The notes: a model not told the origin generated them from the letters alone. Shown: positions 28,405-38,920, counted from the first letter of the stretch. The stretch is 64,000 nt of DNA from Bacteroidota bacterium (GCA_013288015.1 JABDCR010000006.1:7752-71751), one strand, 5' to 3'. Numbers and translations: made by a program.

Positions 28405-31218
28405 TTAATTTCTGTTACAAATGCTTTGATAAGCACATAGCTGACAGGTTTCTAATTCTTCAGTAGGGTTAAAATTTGTACTTGCATTAAACATACCGGC
28501 AATAAAAGCTGATAATTTATCTTCAAAATCCGCAAGGAATTCGGTGTTTAAAATTAGAGGCCGTTTGTTTAGGGTTATTTTATAAACGCGCTCTTGCGCC
28601 CTAAAAGGAATAATGCAAGCGCTTATTTTTTCAGCTTCGGCAATTTTATTTTTCCAGGCAAGCCAAGCGTAAACTAATAGTTGCAACACTTTACTAAATT
28701 TAGCATCCGTAAAAACCTCGCTTAAACTTTCTATATTAAAAGTATCGTACTCTTTTTTTACCGACGATTTATAATCTATAATTCTAAAAGTACTTGGTGT
28801 AAAATCTATCCTATCAATAGTGCCGCTTAAGTTTATTGGAATAATGCCTGAGCCGATATTTATAAATATATCGGCAGTTAAGTTTTTTTCAAGATGTTTA
28901 ATAGTTATGCTTTCTTTTTTCTTTTCAAGTTCTTCAATCGTTTCTTTTTCGTGTGATAGTAAGTTTGCAATGTGTTTTTTTATTACATGAAGAGCAATTG
29001 TTTTTTTGCCGTTTTCGTTTACAGGCTCTTTATAGTGCTCAATAAAAACTTCTTCAGCGGCTTGTTGGTATATTTTTTCTAACGCAGAAATATTTTCTTT
29101 AGTAAGAATCTTGTCTAAAAGCGGGGTGTAAATTTTTTCTAATGTTTTATGAATGATGTTACCGATGGCAGATGCCTCCATGTTTTCATCTACCTCATCA
29201 GGCTCTTTAATGTTAGCAATAAACCTATAATAAAATTTAAGTTCGCATTCCTTATAGGTGTTTAACGAGGTGGGAGAGAGGCCTTTTTCTGATTGTGTTT
29301 TTTCTGTAAGTCTACTAAGTACACTGTCCGTTTTTTGTATGTGTATTTCAAATTCTTGCTGACCTTGGTTTACGGGCAGCGATAAAATCTTTTCTTCTAT
29401 AATAGCTTGTTTGTTTTTTTCTTTTAATTCGGATAACAATTGGGTTATAAAACGACTTTTTTCTCCTTTACCAAAGGTATCTGTTTCTGTATTATAAATT
29501 AAAGCTGCTTTATTAACTCGCTGTAATAACCTGTAAAAGTGATACGCATAAATGGCATCCTTCTCACTATACAATGGCATTTGCAAAAAGCGTTTTAAAT
29601 CATCGGGGATAAAAGACGCTCCTGATTTACCTGCCGGTAAAACATTTTCGTTTACCGATAGCATAATAATATTGTCAAAATCAAGCGTACGGGTTTCAAG
29701 CACTCCCATAATTTGCAAACCACTTAAAGGCTCGCCGTAAAAAGGAATTCCGTTTGGAGCAAGCGTTTGCTTAACTAAAATTTTTAAAGCCTTTAAACTT
29801 GTTTGTGGATAGTTTAAAAAAGCCTGTTGTAAGGTGTTTAAGTTTTGCTGAAATATAAGTGCGGTTTCTAATTCTAAAGAGCGATGTTGTGTATCGTGGG
29901 TTTTTTGAATTAGCTTTTCGTTGAACTTACATAAACGCAATACAAAATCATTTACTGAAGTAAAAGGTGATAACAGAAACTCAATATCAGTAAAAGTTTC
30001 CCCCATCCAGGTTTTTAGTAAATCTGTACGCAGGTAAATAATATTACTTTGATTAATTTTTTTAATCGTTTTATGCAAAGCGACATTATCATTAACCAGC
30101 GTAGCAACTATTGGGTTATATAAGATGGATAACACATCTTTAAAATAAAAAGCCTCATCGGGTTTTTTGTTTAGGTGTGCCTGTATCGTTTCTTCGTACA
30201 AACCATACAAAGGGGTAATGTGTGTAGGGTACTCTAAGGTTATGTTTACCGCATTTATTTTTTCGGGTAGTGCACTGAGTACAGGTAATAATAAAGTTTC
30301 ATCTGCCAGTACAATAGCTGTTTTTTGTAATTGAGTGTCGTTTTCTAAAATTTTATTTAGGGCTTGCATAGCGGCGGCAACTTGTGCCATTCTACCGGCT
30401 ACACCTATAATTTCAATGTGTTTAACCGAAGTGGTTAAAGCATCTGAAACAAAGTTTTTTTGCTTGGTAAAACGTGTAAAGTGTTTTCGTAAAAAAGAAC
30501 CTGCCTCTTGTGCTGTATCTTTTAAATAATAGGTGTCGGCATCCCACAATATTTCGGCAATATTTTTTTCTACTAAAAAAGAGATTATTTTTTCTTCGGC
30601 TAAGTTAACCGCGTTAAACCCACAGAAAAGTATTTTTTTGTAAGGCAGTGTGTAACCGTTTCTTGCGACGCTCTCATAAGCCACCCTGTATGATAAACCC
30701 TGCCAAGCTTGTTTAGTAGCTAAAGCATTTTCTTTCATCAGCTTATACACCTTACCTAAATTTTGCATAAAGGCCAGATAATTTTCTTGCATGGCTGTTA
30801 GTTTTTCTTCACCTAAACTCCAGCTTTCAATTTCTTTTATGTTACGTAAATTTTCGAAGATAGTTTCAGGCTCAATTAAGTACCTGTCTATTTCATTAAA
30901 ATCTTGCATTACTTGTGGCGCCCAACGCAAAAACTGTTCAAATGAAACAGCATCTGCTTCTACTACTTTGCAGTAGGTGTTATATAACTCAAACGTTAGT
31001 GTTAACTCCGAAGCTGTTGGCAGGGTTGATATTTTTTCTACAAAATCTTCAGCCGAAATAATTTCAGGAATCCACGAAGGTTTATTTAAAATGCCCGCTA
31101 AGTGTTTTTTTAAATATAAACCGCCGCGTTTATTAGGCAACACCACGCAAAGCGAATCTAAATCACCGGCATAATTTTTATGTATATGTTGTGCTACTAA
31201 TTCTAAAAAATATGGCAT
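28405..31218 (-). CDS. AddB/RexB-like protein (helicase-like scaffold plus C-terminal PD-(D/E)XK nuclease)
   Basis: LPNKRGG, GLQIMGVLETRTLDF, LSPTSLNTYKEC, GTIDRID..IIDYKS, terminal CQLCAYQSIC; start taken at MPYFLE. Confidence 0.85.
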   Translation of the reverse strand: MPYFLELVAQHIHKNYAGDLDSLCVVLPNKRGGLYLKKHLAGILNKPSWIPEIISAEDFVEKISTLPTASELTLTFELYNTYCKVVEADAVSFEQFLRWAPQVMQDFNEIDRYLIEPETIFENLRNIKEIESWSLGEEKLTAMQENYLAFMQNLGKVYKLMKENALATKQAWQGLSYRVAYESVARNGYTLPYKKILFCGFNAVNLAEEKIISFLVEKNIAEILWDADTYYLKDTAQEAGSFLRKHFTRFTKQKNFVSDALTTSVKHIEIIGVAGRMAQVAAAMQALNKILENDTQLQKTAIVLADETLLLPVLSALPEKINAVNITLEYPTHITPLYGLYEETIQAHLNKKPDEAFYFKDVLSILYNPIVATLVNDNVALHKTIKKINQSNIIYLRTDLLKTWMGETFTDIEFLLSPFTSVNDFVLRLCKFNEKLIQKTHDTQHRSLELETALIFQQNLNTLQQAFLNYPQTSLKALKILVKQTLAPNGIPFYGEPLSGLQIMGVLETRTLDFDNIIMLSVNENVLPAGKSGASFIPDDLKRFLQMPLYSEKDAIYAYHFYRLLQRVNKAALIYNTETDTFGKGEKSRFITQLLSELKEKNKQAIIEEKILSLPVNQGQQEFEIHIQKTDSVLSRLTEKTQSEKGLSPTSLNTYKECELKFYYRFIANIKEPDEVDENMEASAIGNIIHKTLEKIYTPLLDKILTKENISALEKIYQQAAEEVFIEHYKEPVNENGKKTIALHVIKKHIANLLSHEKETIEELEKKKESITIKHLEKNLTADIFINIGSGIIPINLSGTIDRIDFTPSTFRIIDYKSSVKKEYDTFNIESLSEVFTDAKFSKVLQLLVYAWLAWKNKIAEAEKISACIIPFRAQERVYKITLNKRPLILNTEFLADFEDKLSAFIAGMFNASTNFNPTEELETCQLCAYQSICNRN

Positions 31219-31227
31219 TTTTGCGCA

Positions 31228-31476
31228 ATGAATTCTCTGCTTGAAAGTATAAAATATCCGCAATATAGGCGGTATAAAAACGGACTGAGTTATTTTAAAA
31301 TTCTATCGCCCGTTTTGTGCGAAGAAATTAAAGTGGTAGGCAGTAAACGATTAACCTATACTATTGAAGCAAAGCAATATCCCGAAAAAGTTTTTATAAA
31401 CGATTTGCTTTTAAACTATACTTTGTTTGCGGATGAAGTTACTGAGATAGATTATGAGGCGCAGAAAACAAATTAA
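31228..31476 (+). CDS. Small conserved hypothetical protein
   Basis: YPQYRRYKNGLSYFKI motif, ATG start. Confidence 0.6.
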   Translation: MNSLLESIKYPQYRRYKNGLSYFKILSPVLCEEIKVVGSKRLTYTIEAKQYPEKVFINDLLLNYTLFADEVTEIDYEAQKTN

Positions 31477-31967
31477 TTTTCTGCTTTTTCAATAGTCATG
31501 CCAACATCCATTATAAGAAACAGTGGGTCTATTTCGTTTTTATTTCCATAACGCATGGCCTGCTCAAAGGCAAATTTATATTTACCAGCTTGTTTAAAGT
31601 GAGCATTTTTCTTAAATAAAATAGTGTTGTCATATAAATCGCCCATGCCTTTACCAAGCCAATGACCCTGCTCGTCGGCCAAAATGCACTCAATAGTATC
31701 TACCGAAGTTGTTTGGTTAGGGTAGGTAGTATGTAAAAATATAAACAGGTTTTTGTACGAGTAAGTTTCCGCATTGCGCACATTTATATACACGTTGTAT
31801 AACTGATTAGTATCGGTTATTTCGGTTTCAAAGTTTATTAATTGTTTTGCAGGCCAACCTTTTTCTTCTTCAATGCGTTCGTACTTAGAATACACCACGT
31901 TTTTGTTACAAGAAGCCAAAAAACATATAGCCAAAAAACACGCTGCTATTTTAAAAACCTGTTGCAT
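31473..31967 (-). CDS. gldH: Gliding motility lipoprotein GldH
   Basis: Lipobox LASC; VRN...YSYKNLFIF, DTIECILADEQGHWLGKG, EQAMR. Confidence 0.9.
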   Translation of the reverse strand: MQQVFKIAACFLAICFLASCNKNVVYSKYERIEEEKGWPAKQLINFETEITDTNQLYNVYINVRNAETYSYKNLFIFLHTTYPNQTTSVDTIECILADEQGHWLGKGMGDLYDNTILFKKNAHFKQAGKYKFAFEQAMRYGNKNEIDPLFLIMDVGMTIEKAEN

Positions 31968-31969
31968 GC

Positions 31970-33178
31970 TTATTTAGCGTCTCTTCTTTTTTGGTTTTGA
32001 GGGCTATTGTTATTTCTTCTGCGATTTGGATTATTACGCTGTTGGTTTCCTCCTTGCTGTTTCTTTTTATCAAAACGACTTATATTGTCTTTGCCAACTG
32101 CATTTTCAAAATCAGGATGTTTCATTGGTTGTACAGGCGCTTTTATTTTCACCTCTTCAACCAACTCTTCAGGATGTATCCCTTGCTTGTTCCATTCAAC
32201 AATTTGTTTTACTCTATCTACAGTAAGCTGTACAAATGTTTGCGCATTTCCTTCGTACGAAAACCACATCTGACGTTTAAAAATATCTGTTTTTTGATGA
32301 AAAGCTCTTCCTTGTTTTGTAGTAAGTTTTAAATTATCGGTTTGCGGAAAATCTTTTACGGCATCTAAATAAGAATCCAGCTCATAGTTTAAGCAACATT
32401 TTAATTTGCCGCATTGTCCGGCTAATTTCAATGGATTTAATGATAATTGTTGGTAGCGAGCCGCGCTTGTGTTCACCGTTCTAAAATCGGTTAACCAGGT
32501 AGAGCAACACAATTCTCTTCCGCACGAACCTATACCGCCTAATCTCGATGCTTCTTGACGAGCACCAATTTGTTTCATTTCTACTCTAACTCCAAACTGA
32601 GAAGCCATGCTTTTAATCAACTCCCTAAAATCTACACGCGCATCAGCCGTATAATAAAATATAGCCTTGCTTTTATCGCCCTGATACTCTACATCACTAA
32701 TTTTCATGGCTAAACCATGTGTAATGGCAAGTGTACGAGCCTTGTACATGGTTTCTACCTCAAGGGCTTGAGCTTCGCGCCATTTATCAATATCGGCAGG
32801 TCGAGCTTTTCTATAAACTTTTCTTACCTCAGCACTATCGTAATTAATCTCTTTCTTTTTCATTTGGATGCGCACCAACTCGCCTGCAAGCGATACCACG
32901 CCAATATCATGACCCGAGGTTGCTTCAACAGCTACCACATCACCTACCTGAAAATTTTGATTAGTTTGATTTTTGTAAAACTCTTTGCGCGAGTTTTTAA
33001 AACGTATTTCAAGCACATCAAAAGGCTTATCGCCTTGTGGTAATTGCATATCAGACAGCCAATCGAAAACAGTTAGCTTATTGCAACTATCTGTAGCACA
33101 GCTACCTGAAGAGCCACAGCCCGCAGGTTTTCCACCATCACTTGTTTTATCTGTTGAGCATCCGCTACTACACGACAT
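31970..33178 (-). CDS. ricT: PSP1/RicT (YaaT) family Fe-S regulatory protein
   Basis: FYYTADARVDFRELIK, GGIGSCGRELCC, LAGQCGKLKCCLNYE; Cys-rich N-terminus. Confidence 0.88.
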   Translation of the reverse strand: MSCSSGCSTDKTSDGGKPAGCGSSGSCATDSCNKLTVFDWLSDMQLPQGDKPFDVLEIRFKNSRKEFYKNQTNQNFQVGDVVAVEATSGHDIGVVSLAGELVRIQMKKKEINYDSAEVRKVYRKARPADIDKWREAQALEVETMYKARTLAITHGLAMKISDVEYQGDKSKAIFYYTADARVDFRELIKSMASQFGVRVEMKQIGARQEASRLGGIGSCGRELCCSTWLTDFRTVNTSAARYQQLSLNPLKLAGQCGKLKCCLNYELDSYLDAVKDFPQTDNLKLTTKQGRAFHQKTDIFKRQMWFSYEGNAQTFVQLTVDRVKQIVEWNKQGIHPEELVEEVKIKAPVQPMKHPDFENAVGKDNISRFDKKKQQGGNQQRNNPNRRRNNNSPQNQKRRDAK

Positions 33179-33264
33179 ATCTTTAATTACTAGTTAAATA
33201 ATTACTAAGAGAACAAATATACTATATAGATATGATATTTTAATCTTTGAGTTTTTTATGATTT

Positions 33265-33296
33265 TTTGTTTATAACAAAACACTCGGCTACTTTTG
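33265..33296 (+). promoter_or_regulatory. -33/-7 promoter of the PPTase gene
   Basis: TTTG (33265-33268), 20-nt spacer, TACTTTTG (33289-33296). Confidence 0.55.
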
Positions 33297-33316
33297 CGCA
33301 CCTTAACAGGCATATT

Positions 33317-34009
33317 TTGACAAGGAACATAAACAAAGGAGAGTTACACATTTGGCGTTACACGGTTAACGAGCAAGATTATGCCGCCGAAAAAATCAAT
33401 CCTATACTATCTGTTGAGGAGCAGGAAAAAGCTGCCCGATTTATACAAGAACAGCATGCTGTAAAATATGTTTGCAACCATCGTTTTATGCGGAATGTTT
33501 TAGGGGCTTATTTAAATATTCCTGCTGCAGAAATAAAGTTTAGTCATACCCCTCTTGGCAAACCGTATATAGAAAACTCAAATTTGTTTTTTAACCTTTC
33601 GCGCCGAAATAAATATGGCTTACTGGCTATTTTTAAAGATGCCGAAGTTGGGGTTGATATTGAGTATATAAAGGAGTTGCAGGATGTGGCTACTTTTTCG
33701 TCCTACTCTTTTTCTGAACACGAAAAGGCCATGATTTTTAGCAATAATAAAACAAATCCCGAAATTTTATTCACTTTTTGGGCATTTAAAGAGGCCTTTA
33801 TTAAAGCTACAGGAACGGGTTTAAGCGTTGATATAAGCAAAATTAATTTGGCTGATTTTTTTGATAAAGAAACTAATATAATGCCTGATGATAATAAGCT
33901 GTGGACACTAAAACGGCTTAATTCGGAAGAAGGTTATAAAGCGGCTTTTGCTACTATTGGAAAAGTGGATAAACTTTTTGAGTTTGCCTACGAAGAATTT
34001 TTTATATAG
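33317..34009 (+). CDS. Sfp-type 4'-phosphopantetheinyl transferase
   Basis: GKPY, FNLS, VGVDIE, WAFKEAFIKATGTG; start moved to in-frame TTG 33317, downstream of the promoter. Confidence 0.9.
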   Translation: MTRNINKGELHIWRYTVNEQDYAAEKINPILSVEEQEKAARFIQEQHAVKYVCNHRFMRNVLGAYLNIPAAEIKFSHTPLGKPYIENSNLFFNLSRRNKYGLLAIFKDAEVGVDIEYIKELQDVATFSSYSFSEHEKAMIFSNNKTNPEILFTFWAFKEAFIKATGTGLSVDISKINLADFFDKETNIMPDDNKLWTLKRLNSEEGYKAAFATIGKVDKLFEFAYEEFFI

Positions 34010-34076
34010 CTTTTAATTTTAACATTCAACTAAAAAGAATTTATATATACTTTTGCCCCCATCGAAAATTGGTATC

Positions 34077-35201
34077 ATGATAACTATCGAAAAAATAACA
34101 TTTCCTAATAAAATAAAAGACTTTATAGATTTTCCTCATGATTTATATAAAGGTGACCCAAATTATGTTCCTGAAATTTATTTGGCGCAAAAAGATTTAT
34201 TAAACCCTACAAAACATCCTTTTTACGAACATTCTAAATTAGATATGTTCTTAGCATATAAAGATGGTAAACTGGTTGGGCGTATCGCGGCAATTAGAAA
34301 CAATAATCATATTGAATTTACAGGAGGAAATAAAGAAGGTTTTTTTGGCTTTTTTGAATGTATAGAGGATTACGAAGTAGCCAAAAAATTATTTGATGCC
34401 GCAACTGATTGGATAAGAAAAGAAGGACTTACAAGTGTTGTTGGCCCAACAAGTATGTCTACTAACGAAATTTTTGGTTGGCATATAGATGCTTTTGATT
34501 TACCACCTATGATGTCGATGGGGTATAATAAACCTTACTATTCAAAATTTGCCGAAAAATATGGCTTTGCTAAAAAAGTGGATTTTTATGCTTATTATGT
34601 TACTTCTGAGCAGGTTTCAGAAAAAGCCATCCGTATTTCCGATGCATTTGAAAACCGATTAAAAACAAAAGGCATTACCATCAGAACTGTTAACTTAAAG
34701 AAATTTGATGAAGAGGTTGAAAAGGCGCATTTTGTATTTAATAAAGCATGGGATAAAAACTTAGGTTTTGTGCCCATGACTAAAAATGAGTTTACACACC
34801 TGTGTAAGGATATGAAAACGGTTATGGATCCTAACTTATGCTTTGTAGCTGAAAGTGAGGGTAAAATGGTTGGCTTCTCTTTTTCATTTCCTGATATAAA
34901 CCAAGTACTTAAAGGTGTAAAAAAAGGACGTTTACTGCCAACAGGTATTTTTAAATTACTATTTGGTCGTGGTAAAATTGATAAAATGCGTGTAGTTGTT
35001 TTAGGTGTTATCGAAGGATATCGTAAACTTGGCATAGAAGCTTGTTTCTATTCAAAAACCATACAAGCCGGCAGAGCAAGAGGAATTGATGCAGCCGAAG
35101 CATCTCTAATTTTAGAAACTAATGAAATGATGAATCAGGCATTAATTAATATAAATGCTAAGGTTTATAAAACATACCGCTTGTACCAACTTACTGTGTA
35201 A
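34077..35201 (+). CDS. GNAT-fold acyltransferase of the YghO / bacterial ceramide synthase (bCerS)-like family
   Basis: FIDFPHDLYKGDPNYVP, GRIAAI, GFFGFFEC, GP...STNE.G, YNKPYY, PDINQVLK..KGRLLPTG, ILETN..M; TACTTTTG -7 box at 34048-34055. Confidence 0.75.
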   Translation: MITIEKITFPNKIKDFIDFPHDLYKGDPNYVPEIYLAQKDLLNPTKHPFYEHSKLDMFLAYKDGKLVGRIAAIRNNNHIEFTGGNKEGFFGFFECIEDYEVAKKLFDAATDWIRKEGLTSVVGPTSMSTNEIFGWHIDAFDLPPMMSMGYNKPYYSKFAEKYGFAKKVDFYAYYVTSEQVSEKAIRISDAFENRLKTKGITIRTVNLKKFDEEVEKAHFVFNKAWDKNLGFVPMTKNEFTHLCKDMKTVMDPNLCFVAESEGKMVGFSFSFPDINQVLKGVKKGRLLPTGIFKLLFGRGKIDKMRVVVLGVIEGYRKLGIEACFYSKTIQAGRARGIDAAEASLILETNEMMNQALININAKVYKTYRLYQLTV

Positions 35202-35203
35202 AC

Positions 35204-36109
35204 TTGAAAACTAAATCCGTTTATAAATTCCTGGCGTTACTTTCTCCGCTCGATATAGCTACTGTATCCTATCTTCTGCTGTCGGGTATTTATATGTGCT
35301 TTGGTCTGCATTTCTTAGTAGATACAATGCCCCATTTTGTTGGAAGAATTATAATAGTGTCGTTTATATTTATACTAGCCTACTTAAATCAAACACATTC
35401 GGGCAAGTTTATTTTATTTGCCAGAAATTTTTACCCCTTATTTTTTCTCAGTTTTTTTTATGCCGAAACCGGTTATTTGAAAAACATTATTTTAAACGAC
35501 AACTTAGATTCTTATTTTGCAGGAATAGACCAGGCTATATGGGGTTTTCAACCAAGCTTACAATTCTCAAAAGCTATGTCACAAGGTTGGTTTAACGAGT
35601 TAATGAATATATCCTATTTCTCCTATTATGCTATTACAGTTGTAATTTGCATAGCACTTTATAGAAGTAACAAACAACTATCGTATAAGCCTATTTTTAT
35701 AGTTGTTTTTTCATTTTATATGTATTATATCATATTTGATGTTTTTCCTGTTACCGGGCCTCAATACTATTTTGATACAATGGCTAAAGAACCTACACCA
35801 CCTTATTTTTTTGGAAAAATTATGCGTTATCTTCTGCTTGAGTACGAAAAACCTACGGGAGCATTTCCAAGCTCACATGTTGGTTTGGCCCTTATTTTAA
35901 GTTATGTATCCTTTAAAAATAAAAAAAGCATGTTTTATTATAGTCTACCATTTGTTATAGGCATATGCTTTGCTACTGTTTATTTAAAGGCTCATTATGC
36001 TATTGATGTGCTTGGAGCTGTAGTAACAGCACCTATATTTATAATTATTAGCGGGTCTGTATACAATAAGCTTTTATTGTTAAATACCGCCTTTAAACAA
36101 AACCTCTAA
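35204..36109 (+). CDS. PAP2-superfamily membrane protein (AUR1/IPC-synthase-like)
   Basis: Multi-TM; YFSYY, FPVTGP, GAFPSSHV and HYAIDV catalytic motifs; starts 2 nt after the GNAT stop. Confidence 0.78.
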   Translation: MKTKSVYKFLALLSPLDIATVSYLLLSGIYMCFGLHFLVDTMPHFVGRIIIVSFIFILAYLNQTHSGKFILFARNFYPLFFLSFFYAETGYLKNIILNDNLDSYFAGIDQAIWGFQPSLQFSKAMSQGWFNELMNISYFSYYAITVVICIALYRSNKQLSYKPIFIVVFSFYMYYIIFDVFPVTGPQYYFDTMAKEPTPPYFFGKIMRYLLLEYEKPTGAFPSSHVGLALILSYVSFKNKKSMFYYSLPFVIGICFATVYLKAHYAIDVLGAVVTAPIFIIISGSVYNKLLLLNTAFKQNL

Positions 36110-36150
36110 ATATTCGCAGAAAAGCATATTTTTGCGGTAAATTTCAAAAA

Positions 36151-36999
36151 ATGACCCTTAAAGTAATTATGTTCCCCGGACAAGGTTCTCAGTTCCAAGG
36201 CATGGGCGAACAATTATTTAAAGAATTTCCTGACACAGTGGTTCTAGCTAACCGCGCCTTGGGTTATGATATAGCGGATATTTGCCTTAATAACCCTGAT
36301 AATAAATTAAACCAAACAAGTTATACGCAACCCGCGCTATTCCTTATAAACTACCTTACTCACCAAAAGCATTTACAAGAAAATAAAAAGACCCCTGATT
36401 ATTATTTAGGACATAGCTTAGGTGAATTTAACGCGCTAAATGCCGCAGGTGTTTTTGATTTTGAAACGGGGTTAAAAATTGTACAAAAACGAGGTGAGCT
36501 TATGTTTTCTATTGGAAACACGGGCATGGCTGCCATTGTAGGAGCAGAGTATAAAGAGGTAAAAGAGATTTTACTGAACCATTTTTCTGATATTGATGTG
36601 GCAAACGTAAACACGCAGGCTCAAATGGTTATTTCAGGCCCAATAGAGTCGTTAAACAAAGCAGCTGATTTTTTTGAGGAAGAAGGTTTTGTATTTATTC
36701 CATTAAAAGTAAGTGGGGCTTTCCATTCTAGGTATATGACACCCGTAAAAGCTCAGTTTGAAGTTTTTATCGCAGGAATGAAACTAAATAAATGCAATGT
36801 CCCGGTTATATCTAACTATTCAGCAGCACCATATCCTGATGATGTGCAGGGCATTTTAAAAAACATGGTTAACCAGCTTGATAATCGTGTAAAATGGCTG
36901 CAGGGTATCGAGTACGTTTTATACCAAGGCGAGTGTGATTTTGTAGAGGTTGGTCCGGGTGAAGTGTTAAGTAATATTATAAAAAAAATTAAGATTTAA
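36151..36999 (+). CDS. fabD: ACP S-malonyltransferase (FabD/PksC-like)
   Basis: FPGQGSQ, TQPALF, GHSLGE, VSGAFHS; TATTTTTG -7 box at 36127-36134. Confidence 0.88.
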   Translation: MTLKVIMFPGQGSQFQGMGEQLFKEFPDTVVLANRALGYDIADICLNNPDNKLNQTSYTQPALFLINYLTHQKHLQENKKTPDYYLGHSLGEFNALNAAGVFDFETGLKIVQKRGELMFSIGNTGMAAIVGAEYKEVKEILLNHFSDIDVANVNTQAQMVISGPIESLNKAADFFEEEGFVFIPLKVSGAFHSRYMTPVKAQFEVFIAGMKLNKCNVPVISNYSAAPYPDDVQGILKNMVNQLDNRVKWLQGIEYVLYQGECDFVEVGPGEVLSNIIKKIKI

Positions 37000-37008
37000 T
37001 ATTGTACT

Positions 37009-37542
37009 GTGAATTTTGAAGAAAAAGAAGCTTTAATAAACAGCTTAAAAAGAGATGTTATAGAAATGCCCGCCAAAGGTACTGTTAAAGTAAATTTTGG
37101 TATCGATTCTATTTATAAAATCATCCCGCATCGCCCGCCTTTTGCATTAGTTTCATCTATAGCGGCTGTAAATATTGAAGCTGCTACTATTGAGGTAATC
37201 AGCAAAGTAGATCCAAAAGATCCTGTATTTGGGGGTCATTTTCCGGGTATGCCGGTTTATCCAGGTGTTTTTCAAGTAGAAAGTATGGGGCAAGCAGGTT
37301 TGTGTCTGTCTTATTTTATTAAAAATAACACCACAGAAATTAAGGAAACCAGCGAACCCGTTAAAGGGTTATTTACCCGTGTACATAATGCAGGCTTTAA
37401 TAAAGGGGTTAAACCCGGCGATATTTTAACAATTCGTGTAAAATCTATCGAAGATGACGAGTTTATGGGATTAATGAGTGCGCAGGTTTTAATAAATAAT
37501 GAGATATATTCGCATAGTATTTTAGAAGTATATTATCCATAA
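37009..37542 (+). CDS. FabZ-like 3-hydroxyacyl-ACP dehydratase with N-terminal extension
   Basis: IPHRPPF, GHFPGMPVYPGVFQVESMGQ, VKPGD. Confidence 0.85.
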   Translation: MNFEEKEALINSLKRDVIEMPAKGTVKVNFGIDSIYKIIPHRPPFALVSSIAAVNIEAATIEVISKVDPKDPVFGGHFPGMPVYPGVFQVESMGQAGLCLSYFIKNNTTEIKETSEPVKGLFTRVHNAGFNKGVKPGDILTIRVKSIEDDEFMGLMSAQVLINNEIYSHSILEVYYP

Positions 37543-37564
37543 GTAAAATAAAAAATAAACGTTT

Positions 37565-38866
37565 ATGTTGAAAAAACGCGTAGTAGTAACTGGAATGTCA
37601 ATAAATACTCCGATTGGAGATAATTTGGACTCGTTTATAGAAAACCTGTTAGCCGGAAAATCTGCTTTATGCAATTGGAAAACCTTGAACACTGAAAAAA
37701 TTTATAGCAAGGTAGGTGGCGACTTAGGTGAGTATGATATCAATGCCAAAATTGATAGTTACAAAGGCAAAGTACCTGATGATATATTTGCTCGTTTAAA
37801 TAAATTAGGAAAAAAATCTCCTTTTTCTATTGCAATGTCATTGCAAGTAGCTGTTGAAGCTATGTTAGATGCCGGTTTTATAAACGAAATTAAGGATGGT
37901 AATAATATTGCCACTGTTATTGCAGGGCATAATTTGAACCAAAAATATACTTTTGAAAATCACGATGTATTTAATGATGATCCTGATTTTGTAGATGGTT
38001 TATTTGCTTTATATGGTTTAGATACACACCATGTTGGTAGCGTAACTGATATCTTACAATTACATGGTCCGGCTTATACAGTTGGTGCTGCTTGTGCAAG
38101 TGGTAACGTAGCACTTCGTTGTGCGGTTGATGAAATTCAACTACACGATGTGCCGGTTGCTATGGTTGTTGCACCAATGCTTGATTATTCTCAGCTTGAT
38201 TTACAAGGCATGGCTATTATGGGTGCTATTTCATATAAATCATTTACCGATACCCCTCAAAAAGCAAGCCGCCCTTATGATACTAAACGCGAAGGATTTA
38301 TCCCGTCTCATGGTGCAGCTTCTTTAGTATTAGAAGATTATGACCACGCCATTGCGCGTGGGGCAAAAATTTATGCTGAAATTTTAGGTGTCGAATCATC
38401 GTCAGATGGTAACCATTTACCTCAGCCTTCGCAAGTAGGACAAGCTCGTTTAATGAAACGTTTATTGAAAAATTGTGGCGTGAAAGCCGAAGAAGTTGAT
38501 TATGTGAGTGCGCATGCTACTTCAACTCCACTTGGAGATTTGACCGAATTACGCTCTATTAAAGATGTGTTTGGTGAGCACTGCAAAAAATTAAAAATAA
38601 ACGCACCTAAATCTATGCTTGGGCATACATGCTGGAGTGCAGCTACAGTTGAAACTGTTGCCGCTATTTTGCAAATGAACAGAAATGAACTACACCCTTC
38701 AATAAACATTGATAATTTAGATCCTGAGGTTGATGTAGATGTTTGCAGAAATACCAGAACAAAACATGAAATAAACATTTTATTAAAAAACTCGTTTGGT
38801 TTTGGTGGTTTAAATAGTATTAGTTTAATTAAAAAATATAAAGGAAAAGGCTCGGTTATTAAATAA
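37565..38866 (+). CDS. Stand-alone beta-ketoacyl-ACP synthase (FabF/PksF-like)
   Basis: RVVVTG; triad AACASG (Cys), SAHATST, KSMLGH; SRPYD..REGF; KNSFGFGG. Confidence 0.88.
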   Translation: MLKKRVVVTGMSINTPIGDNLDSFIENLLAGKSALCNWKTLNTEKIYSKVGGDLGEYDINAKIDSYKGKVPDDIFARLNKLGKKSPFSIAMSLQVAVEAMLDAGFINEIKDGNNIATVIAGHNLNQKYTFENHDVFNDDPDFVDGLFALYGLDTHHVGSVTDILQLHGPAYTVGAACASGNVALRCAVDEIQLHDVPVAMVVAPMLDYSQLDLQGMAIMGAISYKSFTDTPQKASRPYDTKREGFIPSHGAASLVLEDYDHAIARGAKIYAEILGVESSSDGNHLPQPSQVGQARLMKRLLKNCGVKAEEVDYVSAHATSTPLGDLTELRSIKDVFGEHCKKLKINAPKSMLGHTCWSAATVETVAAILQMNRNELHPSINIDNLDPEVDVDVCRNTRTKHEINILLKNSFGFGGLNSISLIKKYKGKGSVIK

Positions 38867-38920
38867 AAAAATAACTTTACTACAAAGACTACTTTTTCAG
38901 AATAAATAAATTAAACGTTT

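Noticed and set aside
28405-31218. C-terminal Cys-cluster PD-(D/E)XK nuclease as Cas4 or a defence gene
   Set aside because: Full-length architecture fits the ordinary Bacteroidota AddB-like repair protein; no defence context
31473-33178. ricT next to gldH as an unusual pairing
   Set aside because: This adjacency is, to my knowledge, common conserved synteny in Bacteroidota
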